From Chloroflexota bacterium (GTDB lineage Bacteria; Chloroflexota; Dehalococcoidia; Lucifugimonadales; Lucifugimonadaceae), in contig JAJCYX010000397.1 in NCBI GenBank assembly GCA_029262715.1, forward strand, positions 1-34,365: a stretch of DNA of 34,365 bases, written 5' to 3'. Of this stretch, positions 9,303 through 18,572 are shown piece by piece (position 1 is the stretch's first letter; the number at the start of each line of letters is the position of its first letter). The notes under the pieces were generated by a model. The model searched no databases, had not been told where the DNA came from, and saw only the letters and a list, made by a program, of their open reading frames with translations. The translations under genes and the position numbers were made by a program.

Positions 9303-10076
9303 TTACTGCGCCGTATACCCGCCGTCCACTACCAGGGTTGTTCCGGTGACGAACGACGCTTCGTCTGATGCCAGGAAGAGCGCCGCGTTTGCGATCTCGA
9401 TCGGTTCGCCCAGCCTGCCCATCGGGTGAAGCGCCTCTATCCTGGCCTTTGTGTCTGCATCTTCTGTCAAAGACGTGGTCAGAGCCGTATAGGCGAAGCC
9501 CGGGCAGAGCGCGTTTACTCGAACACCGGTCCGTGCGAACGCTACGCCCATGTCCCGCGTCATCTGGACGATTCCGCCCTTCGAGTGGGGATACGGATTG
9601 AAACCGTCGCTCAGCCCGTGGCCGTGCGTATAGCCGACCAGACCGATGATCGACGCCAGGTTGACTATTGCGCCACTGCCCTGCTCTTTCATCTTTGCGC
9701 TGGCGTAGTAGGACATCAGCATGCTGCCCTTGAGGTTTACGTCGATAACGCGGTCCCATTTCTCGTCGAACGGAACGTCTGCGGAGACGTAGCGAGGCGT
9801 GATGCCGGCGCTGTTTACCAGGATGTCGACGGCGCCGAAACGATCCGTGGTCTCGGCGACCATGCGTTCGCAGTCCGCCTTGCTGGTGACATCTCCGGTG
9901 ATTGCAAGCGCATCTCCTCCGGCCCCGGTGACGGTCGCTGCGGTCCTCACGGCACCGTCTTCGCTGATATCTGCGGCGGCGATGCGAGCGCCTTCTTCTG
10001 CGAAGCGCGTTGCGCACACCTCGCCGATGCCTGATGCCGAGCCGGTGATGAGCGCGACCTTGCCGTCGAGCCTCAT
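9303..10076 (-). CDS. SDR family oxidoreductase (3-oxoacyl-ACP reductase-like)
   Basis: KVALITGSASGIGE (TGxxxGIG), NSAG, YxxxK (YYASAK) and a C-terminal GTTLVVDGGYTA. Confidence 0.9.
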   Translation of the reverse strand: MRLDGKVALITGSASGIGEVCATRFAEEGARIAAADISEDGAVRTAATVTGAGGDALAITGDVTSKADCERMVAETTDRFGAVDILVNSAGITPRYVSADVPFDEKWDRVIDVNLKGSMLMSYYASAKMKEQGSGAIVNLASIIGLVGYTHGHGLSDGFNPYPHSKGGIVQMTRDMGVAFARTGVRVNALCPGFAYTALTTSLTEDADTKARIEALHPMGRLGEPIEIANAALFLASDEASFVTGTTLVVDGGYTAQ

Positions 10077-10274
10077 GGGAGTCTCCTGTTTTCGAGTTGA
10101 GTGATTGGTGATGGCATCGTAGGCATGGCGTGGGCGGCGGTCAATTGGGTGATGGGCTTCCAGAGCGAAACATTAGCGAAGTCGAATGATCTCTCGCGTA
10201 TCGCTCCGCTCAGGGAACGCCGTTTCGCTCAAGGACGGCATATCGCACCGCAAACCCTCTACAATTCATGCGTC

Positions 10275-10859
10275 ATGCCAAACATCTCAGCAGCAGAGCG
10301 AAGACGCAGGCGTCGAAAACGGGGTAGCGTACCGGCTCCCCCGGCAACCACTCAGCCCGCCATTTCAGCCGCAAACGACGATGGGCGACAGCCGGCGACA
10401 GTTCACCCGATCGATATCGCGTCGCCGCTCAAGCGGCTCTATGCGTTCGGCATCGATGCTCTCATCATCTACTCGATCATCATCTTCACGAAGCGGGTTT
10501 TCGGTGACGCCGTCTGGACGACTGACGCAGCGCCGCAGGACATCTTCATCCTCTTCGGCTATTTCGTTCTGCCAACCGGATTTTTCGGCCGGACGCCGGG
10601 GAAATGGGTCGCCGGACTGCGTGTGGTGGACACCGAGGGGCACAATCCGGGCATCGCTCTTGCGATTCCGCGTGAGATGGTCGGCCGGTTCGTGGCGACG
10701 ATCGCGGCAGGAATCGGGCTCGCATGGTCTGTGTTCGACCCGAAGCGACAGGGTTGGCACGACAAGATCGCCGGGACGCTGGTGATCAACACGCCAAACT
10801 CCGGCGGCATCGGTTTTATTCGCCGTTGGTTCAAGATCGAGAAGGCCGAAACCGGGTAA
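10275..10859 (+). CDS. RDD family membrane protein
   Basis: LKRLYAFGIDALIIY..., GRTPGKWVAGLRVVD and RQGWHDKIAGTLVI form the RDD signature. The start is set at the ATG at 10275 (MPNISAAERRRRRR...); the ORF-track start at 10101 would overlap the divergent SDR promoter region. Confidence 0.75.
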   Translation: MPNISAAERRRRRRKRGSVPAPPATTQPAISAANDDGRQPATVHPIDIASPLKRLYAFGIDALIIYSIIIFTKRVFGDAVWTTDAAPQDIFILFGYFVLPTGFFGRTPGKWVAGLRVVDTEGHNPGIALAIPREMVGRFVATIAAGIGLAWSVFDPKRQGWHDKIAGTLVINTPNSGGIGFIRRWFKIEKAETG

Positions 10860-10894
10860 GCGGTTGAACCCACTGGCTGCATGATCCTCGCTCA

Positions 10895-12121
10895 GTGGCA
10901 CTGCGTAATGCTATGACCTCTCCACAGGGCCCGAATCCGCCTCTCAGCGGCGTCCGCATCATCACCATCTCGCAGTTTGGCGCGGGGCCGTTCGGCACGA
11001 TGATGCTTGCCGATCTGGGTGCGGACGTGATCAAGATCGAAGACCCGAGTTCCGACGGGGATATCTCTCGCTACGTGCCTCCCGGAGCAGAAGACGGCGA
11101 CTCGCTCTACTTCCAGTCGTTCAACCGCGGCAAGCGGTCTGTGCTGCTTGACCTGCGGAAAGAGCGCGGCAGGCAGGTCTTCGAGCAAATGGTGACGAAG
11201 TGCGACGCTGTGTTCAACAATTTACGCGGTGATCTGACAGAGCGGCTCGGGCTGACATATGACGCCCTGAAGCACCTGAACCGGGCGGTCGTCACTTGCT
11301 CGCTCTCTGGCTACGGCCGGACCGGGCCGAGGGCATCTGAGCCCGGATATGACGCCCTGGTCCAAGCCTATGCGGGTTATATGTCACTCACAGGCGGGCC
11401 GGACGATCCGCCGACTCGCAGCGGCGTTTCACTGATCGATTTCGCCGGAGGATTCGCCGGTGCGCTGGGGATGGTTTCGGCGCTACTCGAGGCACAGAGA
11501 ACCGGTATTGGCCGGGATGTTGACGTGGCGCTGCTCGACACCGGCATTTCGATGCTGACGTACCTGGCGGCTTGGAAGCTGAATTCTGACTGGACGCCTG
11601 AACGCATGGAAAACTCGGCCCACCAGACGATCGTGCCGGCGCAGAATTTTCGAACTGCTGACGGATGGATATCTGTCTTCTGTGCCAAGGAGGTCTTCTG
11701 GACGCGATTGGCGGATGGGCTGGGACTTGGCGAACTGAAAGACGATTCTCGATTCAGTACGTTTGCAGACAGATACAGGAACCGTGGCGAGCTGCTGCCG
11801 ATGTTGGAGAACGTGTTTGCGACTCGGACGACGGCGGATTGGCTGGAGCGCCTCGATGGTATCCCCGCCGCGCCGGTAAACAGCCTTGAAGCTGCGCTGG
11901 ACGATGCGCAGGTGGCGGCACGGGGGATGGTTATCGAGGCCGATCACGACCGTTTTGGCAAGCTGAGGCAGGTTGGCTCGCCATTCAGGACCAGCGGCGT
12001 GCACGATGATGTGAGGCGCGCTCCGGCCCTGGGCGAGCACACGGAGGAGGTTTTACGCGATCTGCTTGGCTACTCGGCGGCTGAGATAGCGTCGCTGAGG
12101 GATGAGGGCGTCTTCGGATAG
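10895..12121 (+). CDS. CoA-transferase family III (CaiB/BaiF-like)
   Basis: GVRIITISQFGAGPFGTMMLADLGADVIKIE is the family III N-terminal signature; 408 aa. GTG at 10895, with an alternative ATG at 10913. Confidence 0.85.
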   Translation: MALRNAMTSPQGPNPPLSGVRIITISQFGAGPFGTMMLADLGADVIKIEDPSSDGDISRYVPPGAEDGDSLYFQSFNRGKRSVLLDLRKERGRQVFEQMVTKCDAVFNNLRGDLTERLGLTYDALKHLNRAVVTCSLSGYGRTGPRASEPGYDALVQAYAGYMSLTGGPDDPPTRSGVSLIDFAGGFAGALGMVSALLEAQRTGIGRDVDVALLDTGISMLTYLAAWKLNSDWTPERMENSAHQTIVPAQNFRTADGWISVFCAKEVFWTRLADGLGLGELKDDSRFSTFADRYRNRGELLPMLENVFATRTTADWLERLDGIPAAPVNSLEAALDDAQVAARGMVIEADHDRFGKLRQVGSPFRTSGVHDDVRRAPALGEHTEEVLRDLLGYSAAEIASLRDEGVFG

Positions 12122-12384
12122 TTTGGACTGCGAGCGTTTCTCTTCCTGATCTGGTAGCGGCGTTTGATTCCGGCCAGTTAGGGGAATTGGCGCTCGCCGA
12201 TTCTTGCCTGCCATTCGTCTGAAATCCCGGAGAGTGCAGGAAAACCGGTGGAGAGTCGGGCGTTACCTGCTTATCATTAAACGACTGAGATGCCGCACAC
12301 AGATGACCTGCCCTCGCATTGGCGGGCCAGACCCGTCTGCCGCCACGCCGTGTGTGACCGGCTCCGGTATCGACGAGACAGCGT

Positions 12385-12460
12385 GCCCCCGTAGCTCAGA
12401 GGACAGAGCAGGTGCCTTCTAAGCACTTGGCCGCAGGTTCGAATCCTGCCGGGGGTACCA
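12385..12460 (+). tRNA. tRNA-Arg (anticodon TCT), CCA encoded
   Basis: Manual cloverleaf: acceptor GCCCCCG/CGGGGGT (G1-U72 wobble), D arm GCTC-AGAGGACA-GAGC, anticodon arm GGTGC-CTTCTAA-GCACT, T arm GCAGG-TTCGAAT-CCTGC, then A-CCA. Confidence 0.9.
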
Positions 12461-12585
12461 AATACACCGTTCCAAGTTCAGAATGTACGCTTCAAGGCCG
12501 TCCTATGCCCTGATACGGCGCTTGCACACCGCATTCCGACAAGATAATATGTCACTTGCCAGAGTAAATAACTAGGGAGTGCGAT

Positions 12586-13611
12586 ATGACTACCCAGGTT
12601 CGGTCTGCTTTGCGTGCGCTTGAGACTGGCGGCGATGTGATGGAGAACGGTGAGGCGTGGTTCGCCGCGCTTCGAGCGTCCGGGAAATCTCCCGCCACGA
12701 TCAAGACGTATTCGGCATCGGTGAAGTCGATGGACACGTTCTTGCGTTCGAAGGGAATGCCACGGAATGTCGAGCACCTCAAGCGAGAGCACGTACAGGC
12801 GTTCATCGAATCGCTGCTCTCACCGCCCAAGAACTCCACTGCCAGCGTCCGTGATCGTGCATTGCGCCGGTTCTTCAAGTGGTTGCTGGCCGAGGGGATG
12901 ATTGAATCAGACCCGATGGCGAACATGGACCGCATCAAGGTCGGTGACTTCATCAAGGACGTGTACGACGATGAAGAACTCCGGCGCATGACGGGCCACA
13001 TAGCGAATGATGGTTCATTCCTTGGCGTCCGTGATCTCGCACTCGTGCGGCTGCTGGTGACGCTAGGCGTGCGTGCCAGTGAACTATCTGACCTTGCTCT
13101 GGACCGTGAGGGCTATGAAGCGCTATTGAAGCGCAAGACTGGAGCTAAGCCATCCGGGTTCGTTGACTGGGACGGCGGTGGCATTGCCCTGCTCAAGACG
13201 AAGGGCCGGACTGCGCGTGTGCTCAAGGTCACGCCACGCGCATGGCGGACACTCAAGAAATACCTGTCCGTCCGCATGGAGCGAAAGCTCGCTAACAGCG
13301 ATTGGTTGTGGCTATCTTCATCAGGCAGGCGGATCACAGCGGACCCTGGTCGCATGACGTATGCCGGTCTGTTTCAGGCCATGAAACGACGCTGTAGGGC
13401 CGCGCGGGTGGAGTTCCGGGGGCTGCACAGTTTCAGGCACACATACGTCAGTGGGAGCCTTGCTCAAGGAGTTACCGGCCAGACCATTGCCCTGCGTGCC
13501 GGATGGAGTGAGAAGTCTTCTTCGCAGATGTTGGCACGTTACTCCCGTGCAAGGGCGGAAGAGATCGCCAACGATGAGGCGATGGCCGCTGGCTTCGGTG
13601 ATGACTACTAA
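12586..13611 (+). CDS. Tyrosine-type site-specific recombinase / phage integrase
   Basis: 341 aa. N-terminal SAM-like core-binding domain (...TIKTYSASVKSMDTFL...) and a catalytic domain with ...GVRASEL..., HSFRHTYVS (HxxR) and LARYS (the catalytic Tyr region). Confidence 0.9.
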   Translation: MTTQVRSALRALETGGDVMENGEAWFAALRASGKSPATIKTYSASVKSMDTFLRSKGMPRNVEHLKREHVQAFIESLLSPPKNSTASVRDRALRRFFKWLLAEGMIESDPMANMDRIKVGDFIKDVYDDEELRRMTGHIANDGSFLGVRDLALVRLLVTLGVRASELSDLALDREGYEALLKRKTGAKPSGFVDWDGGGIALLKTKGRTARVLKVTPRAWRTLKKYLSVRMERKLANSDWLWLSSSGRRITADPGRMTYAGLFQAMKRRCRAARVEFRGLHSFRHTYVSGSLAQGVTGQTIALRAGWSEKSSSQMLARYSRARAEEIANDEAMAAGFGDDY

Positions 13612-14332
13612 ACCGCGGTTCCCTGGCCATCTCCGATCTAAGGCCGCACACGCGGGAACGGCTCTATGTCTGCTACTAGACAGGTACATGCAGCACGAGC
13701 CGTTCCGGGTTGACTTCATGCGCTCCAAACCGCGAGATGGTAGGGCGCTCGCTGAACGGTGGAACCTTGACCGTGTTGGCGTCTTGAAGGACAGGAACTA
13801 CTTTCGGATCGAACTTGCCCTGTCTCTTCCCGAAGCGCTGCGCCTTCCGGTCTACAGCACGGCGTCCTATGCCATGCCCGCAGGCTTTAGGGACAATGGC
13901 GCCACACCGATTGCACAGTACGTGTCGCCTTTGCTCCAGCACTTCAACCGGAAATCCGGTGAGGGCTTCGATTGGGGGTGGAACCTAGAATACGATGAGT
14001 GCCTAGCAGACTTCCGCCAGCGAATCATGAACGATCTAGGTATTTGCGACGTTCGCACGCTTCCATCAACAATCCGTGAGCAGCTATGGGCGCTCCCGGA
14101 TGAGGCACGTCGCCACGGGTGGGAGTTGATCGACCGGCGATCGGCCCAGTGCAGACAGGCAGGGTGGCTATTTCAGCGTCTGGCCCCATCCCCAAAAGGC
14201 TTCCGCAGAATCGCGGAGTATGACCCTTCACTGCCAGACGTTGCCACTGTGAGCCGGTCGGTTCGGTTGCTCGTCGAACTGCTCAGGGTTGACCTGCCCG
14301 TGCTCAAACCGGGCCGTCCAAAAGCGTCCTGA
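13601..14332 (+). CDS. Hypothetical protein (island-borne)
   Basis: Long ORF in the same direction as the integrase gene. The ATG at 13601 overlaps the integrase stop by 11 nt; the ORF-track start at 13451 lies inside the integrase gene. No family recognised. Confidence 0.45.
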   Translation: MTTKPRFPGHLRSKAAHAGTALCLLLDRYMQHEPFRVDFMRSKPRDGRALAERWNLDRVGVLKDRNYFRIELALSLPEALRLPVYSTASYAMPAGFRDNGATPIAQYVSPLLQHFNRKSGEGFDWGWNLEYDECLADFRQRIMNDLGICDVRTLPSTIREQLWALPDEARRHGWELIDRRSAQCRQAGWLFQRLAPSPKGFRRIAEYDPSLPDVATVSRSVRLLVELLRVDLPVLKPGRPKAS

Positions 14333-14387
14333 GTTTCCATCCCAAAACACATTCATTCGGCTTTGCTTGGGGTGAAATGCTCAATGC

Positions 14388-14663
14388 ATGAGCCGTACAA
14401 CGCAGCCTGAGCAAACCGATTCTTTCCGCAGATTGCGCACCAGCATTGCGGCGTTGACGCGTTGGGTCGCGCTGTCTGATGCGGAGCGGTCTGAGGCCAC
14501 GAAGCCAGCACGTCAGGCGTTCAACCTGAAGCTGATTCAGAAGATCGATCCGGACGGCAAGATGTCCGACGCTGAACTTGCTCGGCGCGTCCGTCAGGCT
14601 CGGACGCTGCATTTCAAGAAACTGGCGTTGAAGCGGTGGGGGAAGGTGAAGGGAAGTCGCTGA
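14388..14663 (+). CDS. Hypothetical small basic protein (island-borne)
   Basis: 91 aa, Arg/Lys-rich C-terminus (LHFKKLALKRWGKVKGSR). It resembles small basic proteins often seen next to integrases in integrative elements, from memory only. Confidence 0.45.
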   Translation: MSRTTQPEQTDSFRRLRTSIAALTRWVALSDAERSEATKPARQAFNLKLIQKIDPDGKMSDAELARRVRQARTLHFKKLALKRWGKVKGSR

Positions 14664-14678
14664 CTTCGGCGACAGCTT

Positions 14679-14990
14679 ATGCCTGAGTATCCGACCGGCA
14701 GCACAAACCCGATGCCCGAATCCATGATGCGAAAGGGGAATGAAATGGGAGTTGAAGTTATCGACCGTCTGTATACGGCAGATGCGCTGGCATGGGGTCT
14801 GCGCCAGAACCCGCCCATCGTTGATGCGCAGAAGGCGAGAGCGCGCTACGCACTCACTGAAGAAGGTTCACCACGGTTCCGGGCCTTCGAAGAGGCGCAT
14901 GAGGACGAATCAAGTGCCGCGGCCAAGTTCAAGGCTCAGCACGGCGAAGTCTGCTCTACCTGCAACGGCACAGGGCTGGTGCGGTCATGA
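14679..14990 (+). CDS. Hypothetical protein with C-terminal CxxCxGxG motif
   Basis: 103 aa. The C-terminal CSTCNGTG matches a single DnaJ-type zinc-finger repeat. An alternative start lies at the internal ATG (MGVEVIDR...). Confidence 0.4.
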   Translation: MPEYPTGSTNPMPESMMRKGNEMGVEVIDRLYTADALAWGLRQNPPIVDAQKARARYALTEEGSPRFRAFEEAHEDESSAAAKFKAQHGEVCSTCNGTGLVRS

Positions 14991-15220
14991 AGACGCTCAG
15001 AACCAAATTCAACGCAACCCCACAAGTGGCCTTGAGCGCGCGGAGCGGTACGCGCCGATCACGCACCGGATTGACCGTACCAATGAAGTTCCGAGGTTCC
15101 TCACTGTCACGCCAGAGGGCGTCCAGGTCGCGGCCTGAACTGGTCGCGATAAGTAAGAAGCGCGCAACCGCCCGTCGTCAGTCGCCAAACTATCTACTGG
15201 CGGTTGCGCCAGATCAGTGA
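14987..15220 (+). CDS. Possible small Arg-rich ORF (weak)
   Basis: ATGA overlap with the upstream stop suggests coupling. The composition is unusual and another frame (14740..15138) is also open. Confidence 0.2.
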   Translation: MKTLRTKFNATPQVALSARSGTRRSRTGLTVPMKFRGSSLSRQRASRSRPELVAISKKRATARRQSPNYLLAVAPDQ

Positions 15221-15893
15221 AGTGAATATTACTAATCTGAACGAAACGAAGAGCGATTCCCGGCGGACTGCGGTTTCTGCGCTGTTTCTGATGGACGCGC
15301 TGCGTGGCAGCTTGCCTGACAGTCATTTCCTGAACGTGTCTCGCTTCATCAACGGGTCACCCGTCTCCATCTGTGCAGGGACACCGCAATTACCGGCCGC
15401 CGCCCGTTGGATTGGTGAAAGTGAATCTGACACCTACATCTGTCTCTCACTTCTAGACGAACGCCTGCACCGGAAGCAGCGCATAAGTGAAGACCGCGTT
15501 ACGGGATTGCTGGGCTTTGCGATGGACTTCGATGCAGTGACGCCTTATCGCAAACGCTTCGACATCTTCGAGCATGTGGACCAGGCAATTGAGGCGGTCA
15601 AAGAGTTGCCGGTGCAACCGCGCTTAATCATCAAGACTGGCGGCGGGATTCAACCCGTCTGGCTCTTCAAGGAACCTTGGATGTTGAAGACCGATGCAGA
15701 CCGGGCCGCGGCCAAAGGAAGGAGCAGAAAGCTTCAGGACGCGGTGAGGCGGATAGTCCATGCGCGGTTCAACGTGGTCCTGGACTCCACTGCTGACCTG
15801 GCAAGGCTCGTACGCGCTCCCGGCTCTCTGAACTGCAAGACCAACCCGCCTGTTGAGGTTGAAGTCGTCTTCGGCACCGGGGATTACCTGTGA
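15204..15893 (+). CDS. Archaeo-eukaryotic-type primase-polymerase (AEP prim-pol) domain protein
   Basis: Motif I DxD (GFAMDFD), motif II-like TGGGIQPVWLF, motif III region VLDSTADLARLVRAPGSLNCK. The stop overlaps the start of the helicase gene (GTGATGG). Confidence 0.65.
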   Translation: MRQISEVNITNLNETKSDSRRTAVSALFLMDALRGSLPDSHFLNVSRFINGSPVSICAGTPQLPAAARWIGESESDTYICLSLLDERLHRKQRISEDRVTGLLGFAMDFDAVTPYRKRFDIFEHVDQAIEAVKELPVQPRLIIKTGGGIQPVWLFKEPWMLKTDADRAAAKGRSRKLQDAVRRIVHARFNVVLDSTADLARLVRAPGSLNCKTNPPVEVEVVFGTGDYL

Positions 15894-17530
15894 TGGCAGA
15901 GCCAACAAGCGTTGATGCTGCGCTCGACCAGTTCACGGTTGCGGCAGAGGGTCTGCCAGAAGTGCCGAAAACCACGGCGAACGGCGCTGGCTCCGGTCGG
16001 AACGATGAACTGGCACGCACCGCCGGACATCTTGCGCGGCAGGGCTTGACCAATGAGCAGATAAGGGCTGGCGTGCTGGAAAAGAACGCGCAGTTTAACG
16101 ACCCGCTGCTTGAGGATGAAGTCGAGCGCACAGTGCTCCGGTCGGCTGAGAAGTGGGCGCAGCCTGCTGAACGGTACACCGTGCCGGAGCATATCGAGGA
16201 CTCAGACATCGGCAACGCTATGGCGTACGCGCAGTACGTCGCCGGTCTACTCCTGTGGGATGGCGTCAATCACCAGTGGTGGTGGTGGCACGGCCACAAG
16301 TGGACCCCTGACACCGACCGGCGATATGAGCTGTACTTGAAACCCATCATCGACCGGTTGTTTCAGCAGGGCGCTTTGATGGAAGGCGACCGCCGTGACC
16401 GGCGCATGAAGTTCCTCTCCTCTCGGCTAAGGTCCCGGCAGGCACAGCTAGCCATGATCGAGGGAGCTAAGCCATACCTGCCGGTCTCACCTACTGAGTT
16501 CGACGCCAACCCGTACTCATTCGCATTCAGCAATGGCGTACTGGACCTGTTGAACGGTGAGTTCAAGCCGCCGGACGCGGCGAACATGAACAGCAAGGCG
16601 GCAGGTTACGACTATGACCCGGACGCTGACTGCCCGCGGTGGCTCGCGTTCCTTGACGAGATATTCCAAGGCGACGCAACGTTCATACGCGACCTTCAGC
16701 TAATCATGGGCGAGTCCCTGTCCGGCGATACAGGGAAGTCCCTGTTCATCATCTTCTGGGGTGAAGGCGCAAACGGCAAGTCAACTGTGCTCAAGGTGCA
16801 TGGCAGGCTGCTCGGCGACTATGCCGTCCACACGAAGTCGAGCGTGTTCGCCGCCCGTGACTCAGCGAACGTCAAGGGCTGGGATGTTCACCCGCTAGTG
16901 GGCGCGCGCCTTGTCACGGCGATTGAGGCAGACGCCACCAAGTACCTGAACGAATCCACGGTCAAGAACATGACCGGCGATGACCGGATGCGCGCCGAGA
17001 AGAAGTACGGGATGTCATTCGAGTTTGAGCCGACGTGGTTGCCGGTCATGGCGACGAACTCCAAGCCACGGACCCGAGGCGCAAATGAGGCTCTATGGCG
17101 TCGGCTGAGGCTACTTGAGTTCAACTACCAGATCCCTGAAGCCAGCCGGATGAAGGGCTACGCTGACCGCTACCTGTTGCCTGAACTGCCCGGAATCTTC
17201 AACTGGGCATGGCAGGGCTTCCGTTCAATCCAGGACGCGGGCGGAGTGGTCCAGTTCTCAGACCGGGTGACGGTTGCCACTGATCAGTACCGCCAGAGCC
17301 AGGACGTGCTCGGCGAGTGGCTGGACCAGCGCGCGGAAACAAACGCGGAAAGCCGCGTGCCGCTCAAGGATGCTTTCGCCAGCTACAGGGATTTCAGCGG
17401 CGACGCTGACTATGTGCTCGGCAAGCGCGCCTTCACCGAAGCGATGGAGGAACGGGGCTTCCGAACCGTCGTGGGGAAGGCAAAAGCACGGTTCGTGACA
17501 GGGTTGAGTCTGACGGAGGGTGTATTTTGA
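15890..17530 (+). CDS. Phage/plasmid primase P4-family C-terminal protein (PriCT-1 + D5_N + SF3 helicase)
   Basis: 546 aa. PriCT-like GRNDELARTAGHLARQGLTNEQI, D5_N-like middle region, Walker A in FIIFWGEGANGKST (GxxxNGKS/T, typical of P4/D5 SF3 helicases), then a Walker B and sensor region. Confidence 0.88.
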   Translation: MMAEPTSVDAALDQFTVAAEGLPEVPKTTANGAGSGRNDELARTAGHLARQGLTNEQIRAGVLEKNAQFNDPLLEDEVERTVLRSAEKWAQPAERYTVPEHIEDSDIGNAMAYAQYVAGLLLWDGVNHQWWWWHGHKWTPDTDRRYELYLKPIIDRLFQQGALMEGDRRDRRMKFLSSRLRSRQAQLAMIEGAKPYLPVSPTEFDANPYSFAFSNGVLDLLNGEFKPPDAANMNSKAAGYDYDPDADCPRWLAFLDEIFQGDATFIRDLQLIMGESLSGDTGKSLFIIFWGEGANGKSTVLKVHGRLLGDYAVHTKSSVFAARDSANVKGWDVHPLVGARLVTAIEADATKYLNESTVKNMTGDDRMRAEKKYGMSFEFEPTWLPVMATNSKPRTRGANEALWRRLRLLEFNYQIPEASRMKGYADRYLLPELPGIFNWAWQGFRSIQDAGGVVQFSDRVTVATDQYRQSQDVLGEWLDQRAETNAESRVPLKDAFASYRDFSGDADYVLGKRAFTEAMEERGFRTVVGKAKARFVTGLSLTEGVF

Positions 17531-17646
17531 GCGGCCTTTTTGAGTTCAAGGGTGTATTTCGGAACCAATACTCAAGAACTTTTCCCATGCGCACACGCGA
17601 AAAGAACTTCTTGGAATGTAGTTCCCAAAGTACACAAATACACCCT
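17518..17646. repeat. Repeated 11-mer AGGGTGTATTT (two direct, one inverted) just after the helicase gene
   Basis: GGGTGTATTT occurs at 17518-17527 and 17550-17559. The inverse AAATACACCCT occurs at 17636-17646. A 10/11 match (AAATACACCGT) directly follows the tRNA CCA end at 12461-12471. Confidence 0.6.
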
Positions 17647-18044
17647 GACTGGTGGACTGAAACACGCTCCAATCCTGACCGTGGCACTGGCCGCAACACA
17701 ACAATAGGTAGGCCGCAGTTATCTGTTCGGATGGCGAGAGCTTCCAACTTGGCCGACTCGCCAGGACAGGCCAAATTACCTGTTCGGAGCGAAGATGCTG
17801 ACTGGAAGCTGATTGTGTCCGTGATTTGGACTAATCCGAAAAATATGCAGAGATGGCCGCAGGGGTCTTCAAATCCGCCCATACCAAACTGCCGGCCATG
17901 CCGAACTGTTGGCGCAAGGCGGAGCCTCCGCGCTATGTGCTAGTAGCGAGGGGCAGGCCGGGACTGGCTGTGCTCCGGCCTGCCCACCGCCGGTGGCGAG
18001 CGCGTGACCGGTAAAAATCCGATTCTGTGGCGAGGTTGTAAGTC

Positions 18045-18515
18045 ATGCCTGAGAAAGTAACGCAGGCGATCAAACGAGATCATCGCGGGCGGTTCATGAA
18101 AGGTGGCGCTGTTGCCAATCCGGGCGGTCGGCCTCGGCACAGGGGGTTGAGTGCTCGCATCCGCGATATCACAAAAGATGGGAAGAGCATCACGGATTTC
18201 CTGATGTCTGTGCTCGACGGTACTCACGAGGACATGCCTGCTAAGAAAAGTGAGCGTATGGAGTTACGCTGGCGTGCGGCGCAGGAGCTGTCGAATCGTG
18301 GTTGGGGATTGCCCACGGAGACGCTGCAGGTTGAGGGTGGCGAGGTTGGTGGGCTAGCTATCCATCGATTTGAGGAGCGGCTGGTGACTCCCGATCGGCT
18401 GCGGGAGGTATCTCAGACCCTATTGGAGATCTTGCCCGTCGCTCCGGCTGCCGACGAGAGTTCTGCGCTCGTTGAGGCTGAGTGGGTGCTGGAGCCGCCG
18501 GAGGGCGACGAATAG
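18045..18515 (+). CDS. Phage-related small protein, possible small terminase / DUF5681-like
   Basis: 156 aa. An N-terminal ...GRFMKGGAVANPGGRPR... (GNPGGRP-type motif) followed by ...RWRAAQELSNRGWGLP... is a pattern I associate with phage small-terminase-like proteins. Not verified by search. Confidence 0.45.
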   Translation: MPEKVTQAIKRDHRGRFMKGGAVANPGGRPRHRGLSARIRDITKDGKSITDFLMSVLDGTHEDMPAKKSERMELRWRAAQELSNRGWGLPTETLQVEGGEVGGLAIHRFEERLVTPDRLREVSQTLLEILPVAPAADESSALVEAEWVLEPPEGDE

Positions 18516-18572
18516 GGCGAGGGCGGCGATGGATGACTTGCGGGCGCTGGAGTGCCCTTGGTGCGGCTCTGA

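Larger units (their letters stand above)
12385..18515 (+). mobile_element. tRNA-Arg-associated integrative element (satellite-like or prophage remnant); right boundary unresolved
   Basis: An integrase gene lies 125 bp after the tRNA 3' end. It is followed co-directionally by small ORFs, an AEP prim-pol, an SF3 helicase and a small-terminase-like ORF. No capsid, portal, large terminase or tail genes are present. The right side abuts an IS3 fragment. Confidence 0.6.

Noticed and set aside
9247-10017. 256-aa Arg-rich minus-strand ORF
   Set aside because: It is an alternative frame of the well-supported SDR gene (9303..10076), with a composition typical of an off-frame reading in GC-rich DNA.
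12204-12422. 72-aa ORF upstream of and overlapping the tRNA, and a CTGAGA...ACCTG stretch vaguely reminiscent of a TPP riboswitch
   Set aside because: The ORF runs into the tRNA gene and has no coding features. The riboswitch resemblance is limited to two short words, and no downstream regulated CDS exists.
13451-13600. Upstream part of the 293-aa ORF overlapping the integrase gene
   Set aside because: It lies entirely within the integrase coding sequence in another frame. A start at 13601 or later avoids a 160-nt overlap.
17636-17690. Candidate attR for the tRNA-Arg island (AAATACACC... and AATCCTGACCGTGG resembling the tRNA 3' region and its flank)
   Set aside because: The two matching pieces are in the opposite order from the tRNA junction, and the match to the tRNA end is only ~14/17. 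This is not a clean direct repeat, so the right boundary is left unresolved.
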